Part shown: positions 17,965 to 27,636 of the stretch, piece after piece
How positions within the stretch are numbered: position 1 is the stretch's first letter
Layout: each line of letters opens with the position of its first letter
From: Steroidobacteraceae bacterium
GTDB lineage: Bacteria > Pseudomonadota > Gammaproteobacteria > Steroidobacterales > Steroidobacteraceae
Assembly (NCBI GenBank): GCA_035504015.1
Contig: DATJSR010000017.1
Location: 10,766-74,765, forward strand
Direction: 5' to 3'
Length of the DNA stretch: 64,000 nucleotides
Notes under the pieces: model-generated
The model's database searches: none
The model's input: only the letters and a program-made list of their open reading frames with translations
Told to the model about the DNA's origin: nothing
Program-made: the position numbers and the translations under genes

Positions 17965-18945
17965 ATGAGGCTGGCCAGCTTTCGGGCGCTGGGCCGCGAC
18001 CGCCTGGGCGTGGCGCTCGGCGATGGCCTGGTCGATCTGGCCGAGATCGCCCCCATCGCCGGGGTCGAGGCGCTGCCCGCCTTGACCGACATGCAGGCCT
18101 TCATCGAGGCCGGCGCCGAGGCATTCGCCGCGGCCGCGCGCATCCTCGAGCATGCAAGTGCGCATGCGCAGCAGGTGCAGCGCTATGCCGCGGCGGAGGT
18201 GCGCTGGCTGCCCCCGGTGCGCCGCCCCTCGAAGCTCGTCTGCCTCGCGCTCAACAATAGCGCGAACGTCGATCGCATCCTCAAGGGACCCACTCACCCG
18301 GCCGCCTTCATCAAGGGGGCCAACGCGCTCACCGGCCACGGCGAGCCGATTCTCATCAAGCGCCGCTACGGGCGCTGCCATCCGGAGCCGGAGCTCGCTT
18401 GCGTGATCGGGCGCACCGCGAAGGAGGTTCCGGCGGAGCGCGCCCTCGAGTACGTGTTCGGCTACACCATCCACAACGACATCACCTCGCCCAGCATGCG
18501 CGGCGAGGATACGTTTCACTACCGCGCCATCCATCCGCAGGCCGATGACCCCCGGCGGATCGAGTACGTCGATACCTGGGTCAGCTATCCCGGGCGCTAC
18601 AAGGGCAGCGACACCTTCTCGCCACTCGGGCCGTTTCTGGTCACGCGCGAGGAGATCCCCGATCCGCACGCGCTCACGGTCTCCTGCCATCATCAAGGAC
18701 AGCTCGTGACCGAGGACAGCACGGCCAATCTCACCTACAAGGTTGCCGAGGTGATCGCTTTTCTCAGCGAGTTCATGACGCTGCTGCCGGGTGACGTGCT
18801 CTCCCTCGGCACCGCACTGCGGCGCGCCTCTGCTCCGGGCGCACGCGCCGTGCAGAATGTCGAGCTCGACAAGCTGGGAGGGCCGGTCTCGGTCAGTATC
18901 GAGGGGCTCGGCACGCTCAGCAATCCCGTCCAGCTGCTGCCATGA
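17965..18945 (+). CDS. Fumarylacetoacetate hydrolase (FAH) family protein
   Basis: The start is ATG 17965 in track ORF 17587..18945. PSKLVCLALNNSANV...GEPILIKRRYGRCHPEPELACVIG...FGYTIHNDITS...FLSEFMTLLPGDVLSLGT is FAH-fold sequence. Confidence 0.85.
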   Translation: MRLASFRALGRDRLGVALGDGLVDLAEIAPIAGVEALPALTDMQAFIEAGAEAFAAAARILEHASAHAQQVQRYAAAEVRWLPPVRRPSKLVCLALNNSANVDRILKGPTHPAAFIKGANALTGHGEPILIKRRYGRCHPEPELACVIGRTAKEVPAERALEYVFGYTIHNDITSPSMRGEDTFHYRAIHPQADDPRRIEYVDTWVSYPGRYKGSDTFSPLGPFLVTREEIPDPHALTVSCHHQGQLVTEDSTANLTYKVAEVIAFLSEFMTLLPGDVLSLGTALRRASAPGARAVQNVELDKLGGPVSVSIEGLGTLSNPVQLLP

Positions 18946-18961
18946 GCCTCAAGGAGCACGT

Positions 18962-19468
18962 GTGCCTCGCCGCAAGCCGCTGACGGTCCGCGACCGCCTC
19001 GACATCCACGATCTGCTCGCCCGTTATGCCTGGGCACTCGATACCGGCGACGTGGAGAGCCTGCTCGGCTGCTTCACCCGTGATGCGGTCGTGATCGAGG
19101 AGGTCTTCGAAGAGCCCGATCGCTGGGAAGGCCATGCCGGCATCCGCCGACTCGCCGAGCACTACCGCGGCGTGCCGGACTTTCCGGGCCGTCAGCACCA
19201 CGTGAGCCAGGTGTTGCTCAGCGGCAGTCAGACTCGCGCCGCGGTTCGCTCCTTCGCCTTCGTCACCGAGTGCCGCGGTGAGCCGCCCTATCTGCTGCGC
19301 TTCGCCGGCTACTACGAGGACGTGATCGTCAGGCGGCGCGGGGCGTGGCTGTTCGAGCAGCGCATCATCCGGCTGTGGGACGGTCCCGTGCTCGCGCGCT
19401 TTCCGGGCAAAGATGGCAGGCGCGTACCCCGCAAGCGACCGCCGCAGCTCACGGTCGCACGCAGCTGA
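18962..19468 (+). CDS. NTF2/SnoaL-like family protein
   Basis: The start is GTG 18962, 5 nt after AAGGAG, in track ORF 18791..19468. RDRLDIHDLLARYAWALDTGDVESLLGCFTRDAVV... is a typical SnoaL_4-type N-terminus. Confidence 0.7.
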   Translation: MPRRKPLTVRDRLDIHDLLARYAWALDTGDVESLLGCFTRDAVVIEEVFEEPDRWEGHAGIRRLAEHYRGVPDFPGRQHHVSQVLLSGSQTRAAVRSFAFVTECRGEPPYLLRFAGYYEDVIVRRRGAWLFEQRIIRLWDGPVLARFPGKDGRRVPRKRPPQLTVARS

Positions 19469-19534
19469 GCGTCGCGGCGGCGCCGCGGTATGCTACGAGG
19501 GCCACCGCCAAGCTCGCACTCGAGGAGCCTTTCG

Positions 19535-20137
19535 ATGCCCAGAGCCGCTCGCCCCCGAGTCTCACGCCGCGCCGCCGAGGACGCCGTGCGCACGCTGTTG
19601 CGCTGGGCCGGGGATGATCCGGCGCGCGAGGGGCTGCTCGAGACGCCGAAGCGCGTCGTCAACGCCTATCGTGATTGGTTCTCCGGCTATCTGGTCGATC
19701 CGCGGGAGTACATGCGCCGCACCTTCGAGGAGGTGGACGGCTACGACGAGCTCGTGGTGCTGCGCGACATCTCCTTCGAGTCCCACTGCGAGCATCACAT
19801 GGCGCCGATCATCGGCCGTGTGCACGTCGGCTATCTGCCCACCAACAAGGTGGTGGGCATCAGCAAGCTCGCCCGCGTCGTCGAAGGCTATGCACGGCGC
19901 TTCCAGGTGCAGGAGAAGCTGACCGCGCAGATCGCCGCGTGCATCGATGAGGTACTGCGGCCGCGCGGCGTCGGCGTCGTGGTCGATGGCGTGCACCAGT
20001 GCATGACCACGCGCGGCGTGCACAAGCGCGGCGTGTCGATGGTCACGAGCCGCATGGTGGGGCTGTTTCGCAGCGATGCACGCACCCGCGCGGAGTTCCT
20101 CCAGTTCATCGACATCCGCGGCGCGCGGTCGGTGTAG
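19535..20137 (+). CDS. folE: GTP cyclohydrolase I
   Basis: The start is ATG 19535, 7 nt after [41 protein letters not shown] and [14 protein letters not shown] are FolE signatures. Confidence 0.9.
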   Translation: MPRAARPRVSRRAAEDAVRTLLRWAGDDPAREGLLETPKRVVNAYRDWFSGYLVDPREYMRRTFEEVDGYDELVVLRDISFESHCEHHMAPIIGRVHVGYLPTNKVVGISKLARVVEGYARRFQVQEKLTAQIAACIDEVLRPRGVGVVVDGVHQCMTTRGVHKRGVSMVTSRMVGLFRSDARTRAEFLQFIDIRGARSV

Positions 20138-20147
20138 CGGCGGCGCA

Positions 20148-20175
20148 GGCGGCCAAAGTCACGCCTTTGGCCGCC
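20148..20175. terminator. Perfect 11-bp hairpin GGCGGCCAAAG / CTTTGGCCGCC (6-nt loop) just after folE
   Basis: Read directly from the sequence. It lies between convergent folE and the Omp85-like gene. There is no U-tract. Confidence 0.45.
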
Positions 20176-20194
20176 GCCAACGAAGGCACGATCC

Positions 20195-20222
20195 GCGCAA
20201 ACGGCCGAAGGCTTGTTTGCGC
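20195..20222. terminator. Hairpin GCGCAAAC / GTTTGCGC (12-nt loop containing GCC-TTC-GGC) just after the Omp85-like gene stop
   Basis: Read directly from the sequence. It is 6 nt from the minus-strand stop at 20228. Confidence 0.45.
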
Positions 20223-20227
20223 CAAAT

Positions 20228-21622
20228 CTAAAAAGGATAGTTGAGACCGGTGAAGATGGCGAAGCCCTCGCTGCCATATCCCACGTCGAGATAGCCCACC
20301 ACGAAGGGTGCCGCGATGCCGCGCAGGCCGATGCCGCTCACCGGGTGCAGATGCGACAGGAAGTCCGTGCCGGCGGCGCTGAAGACGCGTCCCGCGTCGG
20401 CGAAGGGAGTCAGCTCCAGGCGGATGCGCGTGCCGACGGCGTTGATGGTGGCGATGCGCTGGCGGTACTCGACGCTGGTCGAGAAAGCATTCCGGTCGAC
20501 GAAGCGATCTTCGCCGTAGCCGCGCAGCGGCTGATCACCCCCGAGCGTGGACTCGTCGCCGCCGATGGCGGAGAGCGCCCAGAAGGGGATGTCGTGCGTG
20601 CGCGCGGTGCGTGGCTCGTAGCGCAGATCGACGTGCATGGCGAGCACGCCGTTGCCTAGCTGCCAGAACTCACGTCCATCGAGTCCCACCTCGCTGTACA
20701 GATCGCCGTTGACGATGCCGGTGCCGCTTGCAGCCCCGACGTAGGAGGCCCATGCGCCGCCGGTCGTGGGCACGATCGTGTCGTTGCGGGTGTCGCGAGT
20801 GATGTAGATGCGGTTCAGCACCTCGCGCTTCTGCGCGCGCAGCACGGTCGTCGGGTAGAGCACCTGGATGGAGGGGATGCCGCTGATCTGTCCGGGGGAG
20901 ATGTACACGTTGCGGGTCCGGTTGGTGTAGCCGAGCTGCCAGATGTGGCTCAGATTGCGGCCGATCGTGGTCTGCAGATACTTCTGCTGGTCGGTGTAGT
21001 TGGTCTGCCCCCTGAGCGTGGTGAAGTTGCCGATGCCGTAGAAACGGGGGCTGCCGTTGCGGTCGTAGATCGCGCTCTCGGTGAAGGACCACGGATCCTC
21101 ACGCAGCAGCCCGGCGTTGTACTCGCCGTCGAATTCGCTCTCCACTCGCTGCTTGCCGCCACCGACCACGGACCATTGGGTGTTGTCGGAGAGGTAGTCG
21201 AAGAAACGCGCGCGCGCGCCCCAGCCGAAATACTGGTTATGGATCACATCGGGGGCGATGATCTGATGAATCTCGCCCTCGTCGTTGGTGACCAGTACGG
21301 TAGGAATGAGTCCGAGTGTGGTACCGCTGTAGGGGTCCTCATCGATCTCCGGTATCGGGATGAAGGGCGCGGTGGCGGGATCAAAGAAGCGTGCCAAGCC
21401 GGCGGCGTGCGGCGCGGTTAGCGGCTGCGCCGCACTGGCTGGCGGTCCCTGCGGGGCGGTGTCGGCGCCTGCCGCCGCAGGGCTCTGCCCGTTGCGGCTG
21501 CTCTGGGGCCCGCTCTGTGGCGCATCGCTGAGCGCTGCAGCGAGGCTCGACCGGCTGCCGGGCGCGGCGGCAAGCACAAGCAGTACCGCGCACGCAAGCG
21601 CGGGCGAGGCCGGCAGATTCAT
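20228..21622 (-). CDS. Omp85/BamA-TamA-family outer-membrane beta-barrel (surface antigen domain), apparently without POTRA domains
   Basis: The start is ATG 21622 in track ORF 20228..21814. It has a signal peptide MNLPASPALACAVLLVLAAAPG, an Ala/Pro/Gln-rich spacer, then barrel strands ending ...GYGSEGFAIFTGLNYPF with a C-terminal aromatic residue. Confidence 0.75.
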   Translation of the reverse strand: MNLPASPALACAVLLVLAAAPGSRSSLAAALSDAPQSGPQSSRNGQSPAAAGADTAPQGPPASAAQPLTAPHAAGLARFFDPATAPFIPIPEIDEDPYSGTTLGLIPTVLVTNDEGEIHQIIAPDVIHNQYFGWGARARFFDYLSDNTQWSVVGGGKQRVESEFDGEYNAGLLREDPWSFTESAIYDRNGSPRFYGIGNFTTLRGQTNYTDQQKYLQTTIGRNLSHIWQLGYTNRTRNVYISPGQISGIPSIQVLYPTTVLRAQKREVLNRIYITRDTRNDTIVPTTGGAWASYVGAASGTGIVNGDLYSEVGLDGREFWQLGNGVLAMHVDLRYEPRTARTHDIPFWALSAIGGDESTLGGDQPLRGYGEDRFVDRNAFSTSVEYRQRIATINAVGTRIRLELTPFADAGRVFSAAGTDFLSHLHPVSGIGLRGIAAPFVVGYLDVGYGSEGFAIFTGLNYPF

Positions 21623-21686
21623 TTCGGTTCGGAGCTCCACGCCGCGGAAGGCGCCGGGCGCGGCGCAATGATAGCCTAGTGGCTCT

Positions 21687-22373
21687 ATGCACTCGCGGCC
21701 GCACGCGCAGACACAATCAGACGCGCGCCCGCGTTGCGGTGTGCGCGCGCTCGCCATGGCGCTGACGCTCAACCTCGCCGCAGGGGCCACCGCCGCAGCG
21801 CCGACGGCCAGCAACGATCCTGCGACGCTCGCACGCGCGGTGCTGAAGGCGGCCGATCAGATCGAGCAGGACCCGGACGACGATCGGCGCCGCGCCGCGC
21901 TCGAGCAGGCAAGCCGGGAGGCCGCGCTCTGTCTCGCACGGGCGCCGCGAAGCGGTGCGTGCCAGTACGCCCATGCCCTCGTGCTCGGCTTGACTGCGCG
22001 CGAGCATCCGCTGCACTTTCGCGGCTACCTCGGGCAGATGCTGGCGGCCCTGGCGCGTGCCGAGGCGGCCGATCCCAACTACGATTTCGCCGGCCCGGAG
22101 CGGGTGCATGCCCTGGTGCTGCTGAGAGCGCCGCGCTGGCCGCTGGGCCCCGGCGATCCTCACGGTGCGCTGGCGATGGCACAGCGTGCCGTCATGCTGC
22201 AATCCCGCTATCCGCCCAACTGGCTCGCGCTCGCCGAAGTGCAGGCCAAGACGGGAACTGCCAGCGAAGCACGCGCCAGCTACGATCGAGCCCGTGCCCT
22301 GGCGGCGACGCTGCCGCCCACACCCGATCGGGACGAGTGGCTCACGGAGGCGGCTCAGGGCCTCGCTCGCTAA
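21687..22373 (+). CDS. Hypothetical helical-repeat (TPR-like) protein, probably exported
   Basis: Track ORF 21687..22373. Coding-like third-position GC holds throughout. The product is all-helical with Ala-rich repeats and has a possible signal ([19 protein letters not shown]). The start is ambiguous between ATG 21687, GTG 21741 and ATG 21756. Confidence 0.5.
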   Translation: MHSRPHAQTQSDARPRCGVRALAMALTLNLAAGATAAAPTASNDPATLARAVLKAADQIEQDPDDDRRRAALEQASREAALCLARAPRSGACQYAHALVLGLTAREHPLHFRGYLGQMLAALARAEAADPNYDFAGPERVHALVLLRAPRWPLGPGDPHGALAMAQRAVMLQSRYPPNWLALAEVQAKTGTASEARASYDRARALAATLPPTPDRDEWLTEAAQGLAR

Positions 22374-24193
22374 GCAACGGCCTCGTCGGCGCGTGCCGCG
22401 CGCTTGCGCTCCTGCTCCGTGAGGTGACGCTTGCGGATGCGAATCGACTGCGGGGTCACCTCGACGAGCTCGTCCGCGGCGATGAACTCCACCGCGTACT
22501 CGAGCGTCAGCGCTATCGGTGGCGTGAGCAGGATGGCGTCGTCCTTGCCGGCGGCACGAATGTTGGTGAGCTTCTTGGTCTTGATGGGATTCACCACCAG
22601 GTCGTTCTCGCGGCTGTGAATGCCGATGATCATGCCCTCGTAGAGCTTCTCCCCGGGGCTCACGAACAGCCGCCCGCGCTCCTGCAGATTGAAGAGCGCA
22701 TAGGCGACCGCCTCGCCGGCCTCGTTGCTGATCAGCACGCCGTTGCGGCGCTCGGGGATCTCGCCCTTGAGCGGTGCGAAGCCATCGAAGATATGGCTCA
22801 TGAGTCCGTTGCCGCGCGTGAGCGTCATGAACTCTCCCTGGAACCCGATGAGGCCGCGCGCAGGTACGCGGTACTCGAGCCGCACCCGGCCCTGGCCGTC
22901 GATCGTCATGTCACCGAGCTCGGCACGGCGGCGCCCGAGTGCCTCCATCACGGCGCCCTGATGCTCGGCGTCGATATCGACCGTGAGTGCCTCGAAGGGC
23001 TCGTGCACCGCGCCGTCGACCACTCTGGTCAGCACCTGCGGCATGCCCACGGCCAGCTCGTAGCCTTCGCGGCGCATGTTCTCGATGAGGATGGTCAGGT
23101 GCAGCTCACCGCGGCCCGAGACGCGAAAGATGTCGGGTTCGGCGGTGTCCTCGACGCGCAGCGCCACGTTGCTCTGCAGCTCGCGGTACAGACGCTCGCG
23201 AATCTGTCGGCTGGTCACGAACTTGCCCTCGCGTCCGGCCATGGGCGAGGTGTTGACCTGAAAGTTCATGGCGAGCGTCGGCTCATCGACGCTGATCGGT
23301 GGCAGCCCCTCCGCGGCCAGAGGATCACAGAGGGTGAGACCGATGTTCACCGAATCGATCCCGGTCACCGCCACGATGTCGCCGGCACAGGCGGCCTCCA
23401 CCGGTCGGCGCTCGAGACCTGCAAAGCTCAGTACCTGCCCGATGCGGGCGGCTCCGCGGTCCTCGCAGCCATAGCGCAGCACGACGTTCTGGCCGGCACT
23501 GAGCGTGCCGCGGCGAATGCGCCCGATCCCGATTCGCCCGACGTAGGAGTTGTAGTCGAGCGTCGAGATCTGCAGCTGCAGCGGCGCATCGGCATCGCTG
23601 GGCGGCGCGGGCACGTGCTGCAGGATGGCCTCGAAGAGCGCCGCCATGTCCTGAGCGCGCTCGGTCGGCTGCGTGCTCGCCCAGCCCTGCAGGGCGGAGG
23701 CATAGATGACCGGGAAGTCCAGCTGCGCATCGCTCGCCCCCAGGCGATCGAAGAGCTCGAAGGTACGATCCACCACCCAGCCCGGTCGCGCGCCGGGACG
23801 GTCGATCTTGTTGACGACGACGATGGCCTTGTGACCCAGGGCGAGTGCCTTGCGGGTGACGAAGCGGGTCTGCGGCATGGGTCCTTCGACCGCATCGACG
23901 AGCAGCAGCACCCCGTCGACCATCGACAGCACCCGCTCCACCTCGCCGCCGAAATCCGCGTGTCCGGGCGTGTCGACGATGTTGATGCGCGTGCCGCCGT
24001 ACTCGATGGCGCAGTTCTTCGCCAGAATCGTGATCCCGCGCTCGCGCTCGATGTCGTTGGAATCCATCACGCGCTCGCCGACCTTCTCGTGCGCCGCGAA
24101 GGTGCCCGACTGCTTGAGCAGGCAGTCGACCAGGGTCGTCTTGCCGTGGTCGACGTGGGCGATGATCGCAATGTTGCGGATGGGTCGCTGCAT
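22370..24193 (-). CDS. typA: Translational GTPase TypA/BipA
   Basis: The start is ATG 24193 in track ORF 22370..24550. [32 protein letters not shown]...[17 protein letters not shown]...[17 protein letters not shown] is unmistakable. Confidence 0.95.
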   Translation of the reverse strand: MQRPIRNIAIIAHVDHGKTTLVDCLLKQSGTFAAHEKVGERVMDSNDIERERGITILAKNCAIEYGGTRINIVDTPGHADFGGEVERVLSMVDGVLLLVDAVEGPMPQTRFVTRKALALGHKAIVVVNKIDRPGARPGWVVDRTFELFDRLGASDAQLDFPVIYASALQGWASTQPTERAQDMAALFEAILQHVPAPPSDADAPLQLQISTLDYNSYVGRIGIGRIRRGTLSAGQNVVLRYGCEDRGAARIGQVLSFAGLERRPVEAACAGDIVAVTGIDSVNIGLTLCDPLAAEGLPPISVDEPTLAMNFQVNTSPMAGREGKFVTSRQIRERLYRELQSNVALRVEDTAEPDIFRVSGRGELHLTILIENMRREGYELAVGMPQVLTRVVDGAVHEPFEALTVDIDAEHQGAVMEALGRRRAELGDMTIDGQGRVRLEYRVPARGLIGFQGEFMTLTRGNGLMSHIFDGFAPLKGEIPERRNGVLISNEAGEAVAYALFNLQERGRLFVSPGEKLYEGMIIGIHSRENDLVVNPIKTKKLTNIRAAGKDDAILLTPPIALTLEYAVEFIAADELVEVTPQSIRIRKRHLTEQERKRAARADEAVA

Positions 24194-24425
24194 CGGGTTC
24201 TGCCGGATCAGGGGGCGCGAAGCGTACCAGAACCGTGTGATGGGGACGCTATAGTCGCGTCGCAAGCCTGAGCGGTGCGCCAAATGGGCACCGGCCCCTG
24301 CGCCCCCGGGGGCGAGCGAGCGGACGGCGCATGTCCGGCGGCGCATGCCCGGCGGCGTATCCACGAATGCCATAATCCAACTCCATGGGTGCCCGATTCG
24401 CCAGCCCTCGGACCGCCTCGCGCAC

Positions 24426-25637
24426 ATGAGTGAGCGGGGCTCATCGGTCGCGGAGCGCGCGGCCGAAGCGGCGCTGCTCGCAAGCTGCCGGCGCAGGGCA
24501 ATCGCGCTGCTGAAGAGGAACCTCACCCCCGCGGGCATTCTCGCCGCCACTGCCGGGCCGCGCGCCGAGCGCCGCGGTTATACGGCGATCTTCGGACGCG
24601 ATGCGGCAATCTGCGCGCTCGGCATGGCGCTCTCGGGTGATCGGCGGCTGCAGCAGGAGGCTGCGCGCGGACTGATCACCGTCGGCGCGCATCAGGCGGC
24701 GAACGGGCAGATGCCGAAGTTCGTCGATGTGCGCCGGCGCGAGGCGGACTTCTGGTACCTGGGCTGCATCGACTCGACGCTTTGGTGGCTGATCGCGGTC
24801 GCCCTGCTCGATACCTGGGGTGCCGCGCGCGGTCTGCGCCGCGCGCAGGCGCGGGCCATCGAGCGCTCGCTCGAGTGGCTTGGCGCGCAGGAGCACCAGC
24901 GTTTCTTTCTGCTGCAGCAGAACGAGGCGAGCGACTGGGCGGACATCATGCCGCGCTCCGGATTCGTGCTCTATACCAATGCGCTCTGGTGCTACGTCAA
25001 GCGGCTGTACCAGCTGCCGCGGGCGCGCGCGACACGCGCAAGCTTCAACGGGCTCTTCCATCCCTTCTCGGCGCAACTCTCGGAGTACCGCCGTGCACAC
25101 CTGCTCGCCGATTACGTGCTGCGGCGGGCATCCCGGCGCGGTCTGTACTTGAGTTTCGTGAACTTCTCCTTCTTCGGCGACGAGGGTGATGTGTTCGGCA
25201 ATCTGCTCGCCCTCGTGCTCGCTCTGCCGGATGCGGCCGGCCGAGCGCGCACGCTGCGCGCGCTGTGCGCGACGCGGGCGGACGAACCCTATCCCGCGCG
25301 GGCCGTGATCCGGCCCGTCAGGCCCGGGGATCGCCTCTGGCGGGCGTACATGGCGCGGCATCGGCAGAACTTCAGCTGGCAGTACCACAACGGAGGGATC
25401 TGGCCACTATTGGGCGGCTTCTGGGTGCTGGCGCTGGTGGCCAACGGACGCGCCGCGGAGGCGCGCCGTGCTCTGCTGCAGCTCGCCCGGGCGTGCGCAC
25501 TCGGGCGGTGGCGTTTCAGTGAGTGGCTGCACGGACGCACGCTGGCACTGCGCGGCATGCCGGGGCAGTCCTGGAGCGCCGCCGCGTACCTGCTCGCCGC
25601 CCACGCCGTCGACAGCGGCACGAATCCCTTCCGCTGA
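24426..25637 (+). CDS. GH100-like (alkaline/neutral invertase-type, alpha/alpha-6 barrel) glycoside hydrolase
   Basis: The start is ATG 24426. [49 protein letters not shown] and QYHNGGIWP follow the GH100 pattern as I remember it. Confidence 0.65.
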   Translation: MSERGSSVAERAAEAALLASCRRRAIALLKRNLTPAGILAATAGPRAERRGYTAIFGRDAAICALGMALSGDRRLQQEAARGLITVGAHQAANGQMPKFVDVRRREADFWYLGCIDSTLWWLIAVALLDTWGAARGLRRAQARAIERSLEWLGAQEHQRFFLLQQNEASDWADIMPRSGFVLYTNALWCYVKRLYQLPRARATRASFNGLFHPFSAQLSEYRRAHLLADYVLRRASRRGLYLSFVNFSFFGDEGDVFGNLLALVLALPDAAGRARTLRALCATRADEPYPARAVIRPVRPGDRLWRAYMARHRQNFSWQYHNGGIWPLLGGFWVLALVANGRAAEARRALLQLARACALGRWRFSEWLHGRTLALRGMPGQSWSAAAYLLAAHAVDSGTNPFR

Positions 25638-25750
25638 CGGCCACGCTCGAGGCGCTGCAGGCTCGCTGGCCGCCCTGCCCACGGCGAGGGGCGCGGCACC
25701 GCGCTTGCTGCTGGCGCAGGCAAGGATGCATCGCTCGAGGAGAGGGTACC

Positions 25751-26260
25751 GTGGAGACCGAAGCGCAAGCCACCAACGACATGCGGAAGCTGGCGGAGCT
25801 CATCGGCGTGGCCCGCATCGCCATGCTGGCGACGCTCGAGCCCAACGGCTCGCTGCGCAGCCGTCCGCTCGCGACCCTGCAGCTCGACTCAGCCGGCCGA
25901 CTCTGGTTCTTCACCTCGGTGAGTGCGCCCAAGATCGAGGAGATCGCCCACCACAAGCAGGTCAATCTCAGCTACTCCGATCCGGACAAGCAGGATTACG
26001 TCTCGGTCTCCGGCCCGGCCGAGCTGGTGCGGGATCGCGCGAGGATGCGCTCGCTCTGGACGCCGTGGGTCGAGCCGTGGTTTCCGCGTGGCGTCGATGA
26101 TCCGGATCTGGCGCTGCTTTGCGTGCAGATCGAGCAGGCCGAGTACTGGGATGCGCCCGAGAGCCGCATGCAGCGCATGTTCGGGCTCGCCAAGGCGATT
26201 GCCACGGGCGATACGCGCGCGCTCGGGGAGCACGCGAAGATCTCCGGCCCGCCGCACTGA
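25751..26260 (+). CDS. Pyridoxamine 5'-phosphate oxidase-fold protein (general stress protein 26-like)
   Basis: This is the tail of track ORF 25523..26260. MRKLAELIGVARIAMLATLEPNGSLRSRPLATL...LWFFTS...KQVNLSYSDPDKQDYVSVSG. The start is GTG 25751 (after GAGGG) or ATG 25781. Confidence 0.75.
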   Translation: METEAQATNDMRKLAELIGVARIAMLATLEPNGSLRSRPLATLQLDSAGRLWFFTSVSAPKIEEIAHHKQVNLSYSDPDKQDYVSVSGPAELVRDRARMRSLWTPWVEPWFPRGVDDPDLALLCVQIEQAEYWDAPESRMQRMFGLAKAIATGDTRALGEHAKISGPPH

Positions 26261-26298
26261 GTTTGCCGCGGCGGCGCGCGCGGCCGCACACTGCGCGC

Positions 26299-27636
26299 AT
26301 GTTGAGGTCGGTACCGCGCGTGGTGGTGGTCGGCTGCGGCTTCGGCGGCCTGTTCGCCACGCGTGCGCTCGCGCGTGCGCGGGCGCAGGTGCTGGTCATC
26401 GACCGCAACAACTACCATCTCTTTCAGCCGCTTCTCTATCAGGTCGCCTCCGCCGCCCTCGCGCCCGCCGACATCGCTCAGCCCATCCGCCGCATCCTGC
26501 GCAAGCAACCCAATGCCTACGTATTGCTGGGCGAGGTCGAGCGCGTCGGACTCGCCGAGCGCTGTGTGTACGTCGACGGCAGCCCCATCGGGTACGACTA
26601 CCTGATCCTCGCCCCCGGCTCGGTCGATAACTATTTCGGGCACGACGAATGGGGCGGCAGCGCCCCGGGAATGAAGAGCATCGAGGCGGCCACGCGCATC
26701 CGCTCGCGCTTGTTGCTGTCCTTCGAGGCGGCGGAGATGGAGGCGGACCGCACCGAGCGCGCCGCGCATCTGTGCTTTCTCATCATCGGCGGGGGCTCGA
26801 CGGGAGTCGAGCTTGCTGGGGCCATCAAGGAGCTCGCGGTGGATGTGGTGCCGCGCGACTTTCGCGTCGCCGACACACGCCGCGCACGCGTCGTGCTCAT
26901 CGAGGCCGGGCCGCGCCTGCTGCCGGCGCTGCATCCGGATTCCTCCGCCCGAGCGCTGCGCCAGCTCACGGCCCTTGGCGTCGAGGTATTGCTCGGGCGG
27001 CGCGTCACCGCCGTGCAGGCCGATGGTGTGGAGCTCGGGGAGCAGCGGCTGCGCAGCTATAATGTCATCTGGGCCGCCGGCGTGCGGGCCTCGCCCCTGG
27101 TGGCAACGCTCGGCGTGCCGCTCGCACCGGCAGGTCGCGTCGCGGTGCAGCCCGACTGCTCGATCCCCGGGCACCCGGGCGCTTTCGTCATCGGCGATGC
27201 GGCCTATCTCGAGCAACCGGGCGCTGGCCCGGTCCCCGGGGTCTCACAAGGGGCGATACAGATGGGTCGTTTCGTTGCGGGCGTGATTCGGGCCGAGCTC
27301 GGCGGTAGCGCCACCGCGCGCGCCCCCGCATTTCGCTATCGCGACTACGGCTCCATGTCGACCATCGGCAAGTCGCGCGCCGTGGTCGAGATCGGCCGTG
27401 TGCGCTTCGGCGGCCTGGCGGCCTGGCTCGCCTGGCTCGCGCTGCACGTGACCGTGCTCATCGGCTTTCGCAACCGTCTCGCCGTGCTCTCGTCCTGGAT
27501 CTACGACTACCTCTTCTTTCGCCGCGGCTCGCGGCTGATTACCGGCGTGCGTCCCGAGCCCGTGAAGCGTCTCGTGCCGCCCGATGAGCAGGCGGCAGGA
27601 CCCGACACCTCGGCTGCCCGGCCGCTATCCGATTGA
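26299..27636 (+). CDS. ndh: Type II NADH:quinone oxidoreductase (NDH-2)
   Basis: The start is ATG 26299. PRVVVVGCGFGGLFATRAL, NYHLFQPLLYQVA, IIGGGSTGVELAG and FVIGDAA are present, along with a C-terminal membrane-association helix. Confidence 0.9.
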   Translation: MLRSVPRVVVVGCGFGGLFATRALARARAQVLVIDRNNYHLFQPLLYQVASAALAPADIAQPIRRILRKQPNAYVLLGEVERVGLAERCVYVDGSPIGYDYLILAPGSVDNYFGHDEWGGSAPGMKSIEAATRIRSRLLLSFEAAEMEADRTERAAHLCFLIIGGGSTGVELAGAIKELAVDVVPRDFRVADTRRARVVLIEAGPRLLPALHPDSSARALRQLTALGVEVLLGRRVTAVQADGVELGEQRLRSYNVIWAAGVRASPLVATLGVPLAPAGRVAVQPDCSIPGHPGAFVIGDAAYLEQPGAGPVPGVSQGAIQMGRFVAGVIRAELGGSATARAPAFRYRDYGSMSTIGKSRAVVEIGRVRFGGLAAWLAWLALHVTVLIGFRNRLAVLSSWIYDYLFFRRGSRLITGVRPEPVKRLVPPDEQAAGPDTSAARPLSD

